NCBI GenBank assembly: GCA_036172245.1
Contig: JAYWIR010000008.1
Span: 1,736,001 to 1,800,000, forward strand
Source of the DNA: Raillietiella orientalis
Taxonomy: Eukaryota
DNA: 64,000 bases
Direction of reading: 5' to 3'
Below, piece after piece: positions 1 to 12,300 of the stretch (position 1 is the stretch's first letter; every line of letters begins with the position of its first letter). A program made the position numbers and the translations under genes. Under the pieces are notes generated by a model. It had not been told where the DNA came from. It did no database searches and worked only from the letters and a program-made list of their open reading frames with translations.

Positions 1-240
1 AGGGTTCCCTTCGGAGACAACCAGAGTGGAGGTTCCCTTCGTGGATCTCCCCCAGGCGTGAGAGGAACTTGATCTTCCAGAGCCCTTCCTGGATTCATGA
101 GGAGGACTACTCCCGAAGTAACCTTCTATCTTGAAAATTACACGCACTTTCGGGTGGCGTGGAACAGCGTCGAAGAGCTGCGTGAGCCGCCAGGCGAGCG
201 ACGGTTCTTGAAGTACTCTGCTAAATGAAAGAAAGCTGAA
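1..240 (-). mobile_element. 5' region fragment of RLE retrotransposon family X (truncated by window edge)
   Basis: Homologous to 7530-7715 (CGGGTGGCG..ACGGTTCTT..AGTACTC) and to the rc of 61255-61450. Confidence 0.65.
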
Positions 241-938
241 ACGAAAGCGGCGAAGCAGCCGGAGGGGAAACCCAGGACTTGGCTCCCGCGTCTCTGCAAA
301 AAAACCGAGGAGAGTGGGATGGACGCATGTCGAGGGTACATGGCTCTCGGGATTCGAAATCCGGATCCACGGCACACTCAACAGGCAGCCTCAGCAGGGA
401 GCCGAAGATCCCAGCAAGGAGTCCTTCGAAGCCGAACAAATGAGGCAGGGATACGCGTGTCCCCTTATGGAACCGGATCAGAAGGGAGAACCAGGGGTTC
501 GGGACCCGTCGCTAATGCGATCCCAGGTGGATATTACTCGTCGGGAGCACTCACGGGACACTCAGTGCAATGGAGATCAGATGCTGGGTCGAGGAACCTC
601 CTTCAGATGTCAGAGGATATGCCGACTTTCGCTGCAAAACCAGATCTTCCCTTGAATGCACCTGCGGCTTTATTTTTCGCTCACTTTTCCCTTGCGAGGG
701 GAACAGTTGAACCTGAGTATCATTTCGAGATTGCCTCTGACCGCTGCGTTTCAAATGTTGCTCCTTCCCAAGACTCCTCCATTCCCGGTCCCGCAGGACT
801 TGCATGAGCTCTGGAAATATATCCTGCAAAGCATATTCCGTCTAGAAAAAAAAAAAAAGATTGGGCATCCTCAAGGGCACCCCATCATCTCTCTGATCCT
901 GATGCACACCTTGTGCCTGGGAGGCAGGGCAAGCTGGA

Positions 939-1078
939 CGAGTGCAGTGGGATCCCCAGACCGGCTTAGGTACTCCATCACAGCCTAAGATGAGTAGTCT
1001 ATCCTGGGTTAGCTGTCACCAAGAATTACCTCAGAAGACGGGAATTTTCTCCCCAGATTCCTTGCACCTCACCCCTTG
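939..1078 (+). repeat. ~140-bp inverted repeat of 1780-1917 (RT fragment)
   Basis: CGAGTGCAGTGGGATCCCCAG...TCTATCCTGGGTTAGCTGTCACCA matches the rc of 1780-1917, roughly 80% identical by eye. Confidence 0.9.
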
Positions 1079-1099
1079 CCCTTCAGAAAAAAACGAGAG

Positions 1100-2330
1100 A
1101 CCGCGGAGAGGTCGCTCAAGGCACCCCTTGCACGCTACGGTCTCTTGCTTTTTTCTGAAGGCGCCAGAAGCTTGCAGATCTTTGATCGGAAAGGCGCAAC
1201 CTCAGCGGGTCCACCAAGCGCATCATCCCGGTAGGTACGTAAGGTCGTTCATCTGGTGCGTCTTCCGAATTCACCGTGTGGACGCCCTGCACTCTACAAG
1301 ACCTTCGTCTGTCGGGGGCTCGGCGGCAGAGACAGCACCCGTCCCTAGGGCATGGAAGAGATGTCTCCAGCTCTCCTGACCTGTCCTCTCGACGCCGGAG
1401 GGGCGATGGCATCGCTGCTGTCTCCTGGGACGGACTCCTCCTTAGAGGTTTGACCGGGTGGATGGCAGCTTCGCCCCTCTGGCCGTTCGACCAAAAACTG
1501 GCAGCAAACGTCAGACGCTTAAGCGTCACCCAGTCCAAGAGCCGGACCAATTCATCGACCAAGAACGCGCGAGTGTTCAATGTCCGAACCTGAGATTCCT
1601 CTCATACTCAGCACGATTTCCATGGAAATAACCATTCATCAGCAGGATAAAACTAACAACGAAACCTCCGGGCATTCTCTGGAGCATTTATCTCCTCTAT
1701 GATAGCCTGCGCCGACGGCGGCTGCAGGCTATTGGGCGCCCAAACCCTTCCGAGCTCACAGACCGCGGAGAGGTAGCACAAAGGGTGAGGTGCAGGCATT
1801 TGGAGAGGAAATTCACGCCCTCCGAGGCGCTTCCTGGTGACAGCTAACCCAGGATAGATCGCTCGTCTTAGGCTGTGCTGGGGCACCCAAGCCGGCCTGG
1901 GAATCCCACTGCACTCGGTACAGGCATGTGATTGACCCTCCCGCTCGTCAGAACCTGAGGAAACTGCCAGCCTTGGGCGGCAGCGATGGCGGCGAGCCAG
2001 ATGTCAGGAAAGCTCTCTGTCCCTGAGGCTGGGTGTCTGCACGACGCTAGAGCGCCGCTCATCTTCACGGCCGGTTGCTCCGACAGATGAATCGCTCTGC
2101 CGGCACTCCTTGACGGATTCTGACTTCCGTGACCGTCGTCCACGGTAGCCAGAACTTTTCTTGGGAGACTCGGTGAGCATCTCATTGGCCGCAGAAACCC
2201 GAGAGGCAGGAGGTTGAGGATCCTCGCAGCCCTCGGTCCTGCCGCTGCGCAGAGTCCTCGGGGACATCCTTGGCCTCGTCCACGCTAGGAGTTCCCGATG
2301 AAGCCTTCCGTTTGTTCAAAAAATAGGACA
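1100..2330 (-). mobile_element. Degenerate non-LTR RT fragment
   Basis: Remnants AVGFPGRLGC (like QxGF..GC) and TRAFLVDELV (like LAFADDLV), in the expected order. Confidence 0.5.
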
Positions 2331-3696
2331 AGCGGCATTCCCGGCGGGAACAGCAACTGCGCCGTCAGTGCTGATACTAATCAGACACCTTGATGGCGTG
2401 GTCTGGGAGATGTTCCCGCTGGGATTTCGTCCGTCCACTCCTAATACGTTTCCCCTTTCGCCTCCTCCTTTTGCTTGTGGTTCCGCTTTCGCTGTGCTGG
2501 CCACCCTCCCTCCCTTCGTGAGAACTTGTGCTGTTGCAGCGCAGGCTCGGATTTTGGCTCGCTCAAGGCTGCTGCTTGCTCAAGGAAGATCACTTCGGGG
2601 TCATCAGCAGGTTTTCAGCCCTTGCTTCCCGACAAGAGCTGACCAGCAGGTTCATCTTCTGTCGCGCTCCCCTTCCCCTTCCTTTCAAACCCCAGACACC
2701 AAAGCCGAACAAGGGAGAGCAAGACTGGGGGCACCAGGCACTGCCACCGTGCCGCCCGTTTATGGGTCGCTTACCGAGTGCAGTGGATCCCGGTTTCCTG
2801 GCGAGCGTTTCGGGCACGCCGTGGGAGTTCACTTCGAGCTGATGGGGCGGCCGTCCCCGGCTGTGAGGATTCACGTGCAAAGATCGTGAAAAAGATGTGC
2901 GAGAGACAAGCAGCGTTTCACTGAGTAGCGCCAACCACGCATCCAGCCGATCTACGGAGCACACCGGTACGAAGCGTACGATGATCAAAACTCTTCTCCT
3001 GTGTGTTCTTGCTCACCTCGATCCTCTCAACCCCCAACATCTCATATCGGTGCGCTCTTCTAGAATACGCCCGTTGCCATGTACAACAAACACGTCCGCG
3101 CCTCACTTGCATGCTACTTGTCCACGATGATCACTGATGCAGAGGACTTTATCTACTGAGGACTTCCTCTTGCCGCCCGCATTCCCCTGGTTGACCCTCG
3201 GTGTGCAAAATGGGCGCAGGCAAGCGGTGGACCAACTCCGCTGCCATCCATCCTGCGTGGAATAGCGTCGTAGCCCGACAACCGACTTCCGTGCATTCCG
3301 TACAGTCGCTTGCTAAAGTCCAAGCGCGTGGTCCTCGCCGCTTCCCTCTCCTTTCAGTTCCTCGTTTCAGTGTCTCGAGGGGATGCTCTCGACCACTGCA
3401 TCCTCGCGGTCTTCTCTTCCAGGGTGCCTAGGTCGCCCGCACCTTCGAATTCGCAACTCGCTATTCCGTTTCCGAAATGGCGTCCTTCTCCCTCTTGCCC
3501 CTTGCCGGCTCCTTGGCAGCCCCGCACCAGTTCCTAGTCCACGGCTTCCTTTTCTCCTGCCTCGGGGGGCGCCTCTCGACGAGAGTGGAGACGACTGCTC
3601 GTGAAGAAGGTGCGCAGCTGGACCGAATTGCCGGCTCGCATCCTTAACCGATGCCTCAGAGGTCACACCCTGGTCGCAGCGAGAGACGTCAAGTTG

Positions 3697-5516
3697 GGGT
3701 TTGGCTCAAAATCCCTAACGCCGAAATCCCGAACGATCGTTAAAAAAAAAAAAAAAAAAAATGGTCATTCTACACATCAGTATAGAAATTTATGTATAGA
3801 TTACTGTACACACTATTATGATACGTATTCGTGTATCATAAAGATTATAAAAAATAGACTTATTTGCTTTTTGTGTGTATATATATAGATGTGTTATATA
3901 AATTATTTCTAAGATCTATATTATTAATACAATTAATATACATATTCGTATACTGATTAATACATATTTCGAAGCCTATAAAAATAAATATATATGTTTA
4001 TTCTAGATTTCGATATAATCAATGATATGTTCATCAGAACAATATTAATATATTTTATATATATTTTTGTTATGCATATCAGTATACATATAAATTACAC
4101 ATATTTATATATGCATTACCCACACACACACACATATATATATTACACATACACATATATATATTACACATATTTTTATATATTTTTTCATACATATGTA
4201 TACATATAATTATTTTAATACATATATTTATACATATTCGACATATTATTAAAAATAAATAAATATGTTTATCACATATATTAATATGTATCTGGATATA
4301 TAATTAGATTAATATACAAATTTATTTTAACATACATATCTGCTGATATAATTGAAAGTATAGATTAAAACATTTATTGTGAATATATATAATGAAGACT
4401 AAAAGCAAGCATACATGTTTGTTAAGTACGTTAATGTATATTCATGTATATAATAAATATATTAAATGAATCTATAAATATCGAATTTTTCAAAATAAAA
4501 AAGATTGACAAAAATTTAAAACAACGGAAAAAAATGAAAAAAACAAACAAATCCAAAAAAAAAAGAAATTCTGTATTTGATTTTCGTACCATTATAAATA
4601 TATATACTTAGAATTCGATATTCATGTAGTCATTTCATATATATTTGTTACATGTATAAATGCATATCAATGTATGTAATAACCATGTATATGTATTTTT
4701 ATAATGTTTAGAATACATAAATTTATATCTTAATTTATATATCAATATGCAGATTAATGTATATAATAAACGGATGTATTAAATTTTATAATCTTCATAA
4801 TATATATTTATGTGTACAAAAATATATAAAGTAAACGCATTAATTACTAATTAATTTTATATTAACGACATGCATGTGAGTAAATATCAATAAATGTGAA
4901 TGTTTAAATAAATTTGCATATCAGTTTACGCACAAAAATACTTGCCGTAAAACCTCGCGTACGGTACGCACAGCTTTTCCTGAATTCAGCTCGCTAAAAT
5001 CGAGGTGCGATTGTACACGAGTACAAAAATCCGCTCACTTTCAACGTGCACGCGAAGCTGTACGTACACATGGCTGTGACCATCTGTGTTGCGCTCTAGA
5101 GCGTCCGGATTTTCTTTTTTGCTGTGTACAGAATTCTGTACAATGTGATGGCGCACATGGCAAATGGATGCGCCATTGGAGAATATACTAAAAAAGGACG
5201 CATTTTTGATACGCGTTAAGATTTTTGTTTTTCGCAGATTTTTCTAATGACATTTTAAGTTTTTGTTTGTATTTTTACATTCGTTCGAAGTTGAAATCTT
5301 GCTAGCATTTTATGAAATTTAAAATAACATTTTGAAAATCATGGGGGTGCGTATGATACACGAGTCCGTACTATACGCGAGATTTTACGGTATATCTTAT
5401 GATCTTTATAATAGATTTCAATTTGTACCGTGGTCTCTACACGAATCTATGCACTAATCTATACATTAAGCACGTGCATTTATTTTCGAGATCGTTGGGG
5501 ATTCTGATTGGCTCCC
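3697..5516. mobile_element. Non-autonomous Mutator (MULE/Phantom-like foldback) MITE, copy 1
   Basis: AT-rich island. Left end GGGTTTGGCTCAAAATCCCTAACGCCGAAATCCCGAACGATC; right end (rc) GGGAGCCAATCAGAATCCCCAACGATC. Flanking 9-mers GTCAAGTTG (3688-3696) and AGCGAGTTG (5517-5525) match at 6/9. It splits a retroelement between its RT and CCHC remnants. Confidence 0.75.
4945..5390. mobile_element. Tc1/mariner-superfamily (Tc2/pogo-like) MITE nested in MULE copy 1
   Basis: TIRs CCGTAAAACCTCGCGTACGGTACGCAC and (rc) CCGTAAAATCTCGCGTATAGTACGGAC. Flanks are TG (left) and TA (right). Subterminal direct repeats GGTGCG..TACACGAGT at about 5003 and 5346. Confidence 0.8.
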
Positions 5517-5899
5517 AGCGAGTTGGTAGTGCATCTCAAGCGGGCTACCTCGAAACAGTAGGGAACCACGTAGCCTATTGTGGGAGTGGTCATTGGGCTG
5601 AAGCTCGATCTGCTGCTCCGGGGAGAGGAAAAAGTGCTTTCATGGACTCCGCCTTTCCCTTGCATGCTCAGCAGCGGGGGTCGAAGAGGAAGCCTAGCCA
5701 AGGAAGGGGAAAAACAAATATGGCGCACGAAGGATTGGCCCTCCGCACCTCCACTGAAGGCATGGTCGACATCGGGAGAAGGGTCGCTGCGGGGCATGTT
5801 TGGGAAATCAAAAATCCCAAAGAGTCGGATGGCACACATCAGAGAGGCACCTCAGAATTGCTCGAACATTCCGTGTTCCGGGTTGTGATCTGCAGTTTA

Positions 5900-7720
5900 G
5901 TGGCTAGTGGTGGAAGGTTTTGCTTGTGTCACTCTTTGAACCCATCACAGAGAATAGATGAAATTGGTTTCCGGGGTCTCCAGGCCTGCGCCGCTGGAAC
6001 CGCAGGCTCGGGGACTCCCCGGTTCTCCTGCTGACTTTTTCTCCTGCCGGCCTGCCGCGACAGACCGTCCCTCCCGGAGACGCGATGCTGTCTGTGGATT
6101 CCGCTCAGCCGCTTCCAGGAAGCCATTCGCCAACTGTCCCTGGTGCAGAGAGTCTTCAGGTCTTCCCTGGTACGCTGCCTCCGTCAAGGACGCTGCGTTG
6201 GAGGAAGACGACCGCAGCCCGCTACGCACCAGACGTCTCAAGTCAGCGTGCCTCGCACAACTGTCAGAAAGCAAAGCAGTTCGGAGGAATTCGGCCTCCG
6301 TCGCGTCCGCCTGCCTGGAGGGCGGCTGTTGCAGTACCCGCAGCTCCTTATCCCTCGAGAGCGAGCTGGTAGTTCAGCAAGGTCACGCCCAAGCTGCCCG
6401 CAATGCGGTCCACCTAAGGTGTGCAGCCAACGCGTGCCGTGATGGCTCGCGCGTGGTACCAAGCGTTGCGGGTTCGAACCTCACCCGGGGAAGGATCGAC
6501 GCCTAGAAATGGGTTCCTCCTGGGTTTCGAGTCCCCCCTGCTCAGGATGACTCTGGTTGTCCCACGGTCTTCGGGTGCGGTTCCAGTTGACACCCGGTCA
6601 CGACGGGGCGTTTATTTATAAAAAGTAAACGAACACGTTTGTGGGAAGACGTTTAATCCTTCCACCTTCCTTATAACTACGAGAAGGAACTTGCAGGGAT
6701 CTGGCACGCAGGCCAGAGAAGGAAGGGGTCATCTCGGCAACACAGGGGAAGGGAAGACAAAGAAGAAGAAAAACACAAAACCAAAAAAAATACAGTCAAA
6801 AAAATAGGGGATTTCCGGAAGGGATCACTGGGTTCTGGAGGGCATCCTCTGCATCCTTGTAAGGATGCTGGCAAGTTCCTGTTTCAAGACTTCCAGATGG
6901 GGCCATCTTGACTCTGTCCTCATGAAGAGGACAGCAGAATAGATGGCATCCTTTTCGTCCTGGCGCTGCTCCGTGCAGCCACGGTCCCGCCGCCTGGGCA
7001 GCACAGTGCTGCTGGGGATGCGGCCTGCGTGAGGGCGTCGCGCAGGAAGAGGCGCTTTCGAACGTCTCTGGCGTTGCCGGCGGGGGCTCTAAGGGTCGCG
7101 GCAAAGCCCCGAAGGGGCAAGGGTGCAGTGCTGGCCGAAGCAGGAAACCGGATGCCTCCGCTGACTGAGTGGGATTGGAAGTTGGCCCTCCTTCTAGGAA
7201 TCACGGAATCCATTCTCTTCGAGGTTCCCTTTCGATCGTGAAAATGAAGTCCGTCCCCCCCTTCCCCTCGGAGGGGACCCTCTGTCCAGTAGCTTGAAGC
7301 CAGTTGATACCCCTTCAAAGTGTTAAGAAGTGTGCTGCTCGCTCGCTTCGGGGAGCGCTCTTCAGGGAAATCGGGAACTCTCCCTTCAGGGTTCTCCTCA
7401 GAGGAGGAAACAAGCAGCGGTTCCCCTTGCGAATGACCTCCAGGAAGAAATTCCGGAAGCGGTTCTTCCCAGGTTCCCTTTAGAGAAAAAATAATGGGAT
7501 GGTCTCTCTGGAGAGAATAAGGAAAAGGTTCCTTCAGGGTTCCCTCTGAAGAGTAAGGGTGGAAAGAACGTCTTCCTCCGAAACCTTTCTGGGTTCACAG
7601 AGTGGTCCTTTCTACGGTGAGCCCCTGACCTGAAGAGCAATCCGCACCCTCGGGTGGCGAGAAGCAGCATTCGGGAGCTTCCAGGTGAACGGTTCTTCAG
7701 TACTCGATGAAACAAAAAAA
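5900..7720 (-). mobile_element. 5'/N-terminal part of RLE retrotransposon family X, with zinc-finger remnant
   Basis: Segments 7160-7710 and 6420-6560 are colinear homologues of 61255-61950 (+) and 25160-25680 (-). The minus strand reads PFLG../SILPRVRFEPATLGTTREPSRHALAAH. Confidence 0.65.
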
Positions 7721-8091
7721 GAAAAAGGAGAATTCTAATGTGTCGGGCGTGGATGCGATCCCAGGATTGTCTTGATCCTTAGTCCGTCCAGACAGATTCC
7801 GTCATTCACCTGGGCGTCCTCCAACCCTGATCCCCGGCACCCCTTAGGGCATCTGAGGGCACCTAGAACGCTTCCTGGGAGATGGACGTCGTTTGGTACT
7901 TTTCCCGCTTCGTCAGTTCCTCGGCCGTGGAAGCAGAGGCCGAGTGAACGGGAGGTCATTGTTCCACTCCCTGAGAGGGCAGCTGGAGTCTCCTCCTCTC
8001 CCGCTGCTCGCTTTTCTTACTGCCCGCGGGCGCACGTCAAGAAAGTCGAACGCTTTGCAAGCTGCCGCTGACCACCACCAAACCACCAGCA

Positions 8092-8164
8092 CCGCCGCCA
8101 ACCAGATGCAGCCCACTCCTTCAGCTGCCGCCAGCCAAATGCAGCCCACTCCTCCAGCCGCCGC
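8092..8164 (+). repeat. 33-bp tandem repeat, about 2.2 copies
   Basis: Unit CCGCCGCCAACCAGATGCAGCCCACTCCTTCAG, reading AANQMQPTPS / AASQMQPTPP. Confidence 0.9.
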
Positions 8165-8799
8165 ACGCGACTGGGCCGCCGGCCATTTCATTAAGACGTT
8201 GCTATCTGTTATCGTCCTGTCAACAGGGAGCGATGGTGTCGAACGCCGTTCTGGTGTCGAAACTTCATGACGTCCCGGAAAAAAAGAAAAAGGAAAGAGA
8301 ACAAACGGAAGCGAAGAAAAATCACTGCTCTTTGCTGATTTGCTTTTCTTTTCTTTTCTTTTTTTTCCTCTCTCCTGTAGATTCACCCGGAATAAATCTC
8401 TGCCTCAGTTCATCGATGGCACGTATAACCGGAATTTGCCGTACTGGGAACTGTTCTTTTCTGTAACTGCCGTGGACCGCGACCGAGATGCACACACGGA
8501 GAGGAGGGGCTTTCTGGAGCGAACGGTCCACTCCTCCTTTTGCCTTTCTGCTCTCACAGTTGAGGAACAAATGGAAATTTTGTCCAACGAGGTGTTTCGT
8601 TCAGAAGCAGAAGATTCGGAATGCAGGTTTTCTTAGTTTATCAGAAGTTTCTGGTGGTCCTCTGGGGGGTTATTCCTCTCAGCCATTGCTGCTCGCGAAA
8701 CTCATCGTGACAGGGGCTTCTTTTTCTGCTGGTTTCTGGAGAGAGCGACCTCTTTCTGCTCCTTGAATGTCTTGATCATCTTCCAGATGGAAGGAATAA

Positions 8800-10400
8800 G
8801 ATACACGAAATGCAACCTGCGCATCCGCCATGACCCTCCTCTGGTATGTGTTCGCAGTCCGCCATCCTATGGACCTCCCGCGATAATCATGAAACGGGAA
8901 GCATTTGGTTGGCTTTTCCATAACGGCATTTACAGCACAGGAGACTGATGTCTTACACTCTGCTCCGATGATCACTGCATCTTTCAGTGTGTTGTTGGCG
9001 GCCACGAAGTGAAGACTGCCCTCTACCTGTGAAGACGACCCGAAGTTCCAAAGAAAACTTCGGATCCATCCAGCAGACAAAGAGTCCATCCATAGCGAGG
9101 AATGGACGGATTCTTTGTCTTCTGAATGGATCTGAAGTTTCCCAAGGTCAATTGTAACTCGTCAAAACAGCTGGTTCTCTCCTCTGTAAATGAGGGATGC
9201 AGTTGCTTGCAGCTCAGAATTCCCATCAGAGTGGCGTCCTCTGGAGATCAGAGGACGTCACTCTCCAGTCCTTCCAAGGGTATTTCGAGATCTAAACAGC
9301 AGCTGGGTTTCCACTAAGTCGGCAAGTTGTGGCTCCTTCCAGTCACCCTTTGGTTTCTCTTTGCCTGCAATGCGGCACGTCATCTCCCAGTCTGTCGGTT
9401 GGCTTCCTTGGCTGCTCTTTTATGAAGAAGACTGTGCTGAGGCAAGGGAAGCTGTAAGGAGCTAAGCCAACTTGGGTCCTATGAGACGTCCTCGAGGTGC
9501 ATTTGCAGTGATGTCCTCATGATAGAGGGGCGTTCTATTCTCGTATCCGTGATCTCTTCCCACGTGTCCAAGCATCAGAGTCTGTAGCATGGCAGGATAT
9601 CTAGGTATTTCCCGTGATTCAATGTGACGACATACCCAAGGGGGAAGCCGTGCTGTCAAGCCTTGGTGGCTGTCTAATGGCAGATTTGCTAAATCCTTAG
9701 CAGTCGGCCACTCATGCAAGAAGGATATGTTCTAAGAGTGAGTGTCTCCATGCAAGTCAACTAAAGTCAGTCTCCTGGATAGGATCTGGAGATACATTCA
9801 CTGCAAGGTATGGGGCCGAAGTCCTTCGTCGCAATGCGGAGCACCAAGTCCTTAAGATGGATTCGAGATATCCCTGTGTCCCACAAGTCTTTTCCCGGGA
9901 AAACGAGGGAGGTCGCGAAGGCGTCGCACGCCACGGCCCGTTCCGGCAAGAGAAACTTGCCATTTTAAAACGGGTGAAGCACCATCTTTGTCTTCCAGAA
10001 ACAGTTGGATCAGGCCTCTGCTGCGCAGAGGAACGCCAGGGTGCACGAACGATCTGCTCGTGAAGGTCTCCAGTCGGATCCGTCTGGACTACTAAGGCCT
10101 CGCCGCAGCGGCAGAAACGTCCGACACCCTGGTGACGCGCACCACCTCTTTCTAATGGATAAACCGGAAGAATTTGTCGAGTGACGCAGCCAGGGAAGAC
10201 ACAGGATGGCAGCAGCCGCAGACCATCGGCGTGCTGGGACGTGTTCCCAACAAAGGCAAGCGTTCTCTTGCCAGCTGCTCTTTAGCACCAGCTCAAAGTA
10301 GATGCCGAAGAACACGGAGTTCAGGCAGAATTCGGGGAGAATGGTCACTGCGATCTCTTCAGCTTTCAAATGTTTCTTCTATCGTTTTTGCGCACTCCTT
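8800..10400 (-). mobile_element. Degenerate RLE retrotransposon 3' half (thumb, CCHC, RLE)
   Basis: PHCRQRET (knuckle), LIYRGENQLF*RVTID (like PDL..DVTI) and AVIIGA (like the RLE C-terminal IGARG), in order. Confidence 0.6.
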
Positions 10401-11449
10401 TCAGTGAGCACCCTCGGTGCAAGGTTCACTTTGGGGAGAGGGGAAGAAAGGACCTTCTGCTTCTCTCGCACTCATGGATCCAAATCCACTCTGTCCACCC
10501 TTTGCTTTCAGAATTCTCAGTGGAGGAAATTTTCCCTCCTCCCTTTTCTTCCGAATCACGGCTTCCACCGCTCAATTTCCGGTCCCATTCCGTGATGACC
10601 TCATCAACTGCCTTTTGATCCCCCTTTTCGCTCCCCCTTGCTGCATGTGCCCTGCTTTGATTAAGCGCGAGTCACGCTTTAAGCGTCCCGTACTCTCCCG
10701 TCCGCTTGCCACTGATTGCGCCATATTAATTTTCCGAGGGGGGGAAGGGGAGGAGGGGGGGTTCGCTTCGCTTTTCCAGATGGAAATACTCGCTCCCCTC
10801 TTCCCGAGGCAGAGCTCCTGATTAGAAAAATAGGTCCGCCGAAAACTGAGGACGCCAGAAAAACAGCGACATCCAGCCTCACTTAATTACATTCTACCGT
10901 GAACTCCGAGTGCGAACTCCTTCCACACGTCCGCAAAGTTTTGCCAGGAGCCGCTGGACGGCAGGCATTCGCCCCTGCATCCGCACATTCTTTCCCGGGA
11001 CACCGATCTCTCCCCAGGGAACCGTCTGCTGAAGAATGCGAAGATCACCAGCTGATGGTTTGATGAGCCGCGTGCTGAATTTCCACGAACTCATCCCCGC
11101 CTCGTGTAAACGACTGTGAACCTTGAAGGGGAGAGAGGCGTGCGACCGAAAGCCAGAGAGAGGTCCCAGGAACCAGGACCACTGGACCTCTCGTCCCTAA
11201 CCCCCTTTCCTCCCCAGCGCCGTTCGTGACGCAAACCACCCGGAGTCCCTTCCCTTCCTCTAAGGAAACAAGTAGCATCCCCGCACCTTCCTGCGCGGCG
11301 GTGTGACGTTCGGTGCAAGGATCGAAGGTGGCGCCAACAAGGGTGGGTGTCGCCACGCAAATGCAAGCCCCACGCATTCTCCAGGAACACTCTTACAGGC
11401 ATAACACAAGCAGTAACCAGGAAACGCGCACAAAGAGCAGAGTCTGAAC

Positions 11450-12300
11450 GTCGCTCAGCTAGCCCGTCCGGTGAAGGAATCTATGGTCGAGGAGATCATT
11501 TTCCATCCTCGAGCATGCGCTCGCGTGCTAGTGGCAGCCGCCGACCGCGAACGGCGTGTTTCCGGGCCCCCGAGGTCTTTCAAAACTATCGATGGACTCC
11601 GCTTGCTGTCGCTCCCGCTTCTGTGGTCCTCACTTTCCGCCAGCTGCTTCCCACTTTGTGGCCCTCTCCCTTCGTGTGCTCAAAGACTTCTGTGCTCCAC
11701 GCTGGAGACAGAACGTGCTGCTGTTTCCACGCTGGGACGCAATCCGGTGCAACTAATGTCGACACCTCGCCTCCGGGAAAGTTGCGTCCCCGATCTGTCT
11801 GAGGTGCGGGACGAAACGAAATCGTTCTTCTCGTTGGACGGAGGTGCCCTCCGGGAAGTTCGGCGGAGGCTGTCTTCAGCGCTCCGGCACCCGGAGGACA
11901 CCGCCAAGGACTTGCTGTGGGATTCTCCGCGCGAGAGGTGGAGTCCCGACAGGCGCCGAGCTGGCAGCGACGAACTGCATCCGCGCCATCGCCACAGCCC
12001 ACCACGTGCTTGGTCTCGGGGGCAACGAAGGGAGGCCGCCCTCACGGCAGCTGCCTATATGAGGACGGCAGCGACGTATCGGCTCACCTGCAAGAAGTTG
12101 CCAGGGAGACTGCGACACATTCAGCACCAGTTCTAGGAAAGAAGGGGGGGGCTAATGCCAAAGACCTCTGTCCCCTGAGCTTACCTCTTATTTGCTTATG
12201 TATTGCTCCCTTTCTCCTTGCATTCCGAGCTTTCCCAGCAAAGAACATGCGTGTCAATGGACCCTTTTGTTTTTAGGGGGTTGCGTGCTCCACTTATTTG
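11450..12300 (+). mobile_element. RLE-domain fragment and 3' UTR of a non-LTR retrotransposon
   Basis: CVPDLSEVRDE..DGGALREVRRR, then GILRARGGVP..HVLGL (like the RLE C-terminus), followed by a T-rich tail. Confidence 0.55.
11708..12018 (+). repeat. ~310-bp near-identical inverted repeat (partner 22841-23148)
   Basis: Matches the rc of 22841-23148 with a few substitutions and small indels. Weaker homology continues to about 12140/22715. Confidence 0.95.

Larger units (their letters stand above)
2400..5800 (+). mobile_element. Degenerate RLE non-LTR retrotransposon (RT to CCHC/RLE), split by MULE copy 1
   Basis: PKPNKGEQDWGHQALPPCR (like RT motif 1) and TGTKRTMIKTLLLCVLAHLDPL (like motif B). 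After the MULE, GYLETVGNHVAYC resembles the ETxxHxxxC knuckle. Confidence 0.55.

Noticed and set aside
3994..4209. Tyr/Ile-rich ORFs in the AT-rich islands
   Set aside because: They are low-complexity artefacts inside MITEs.
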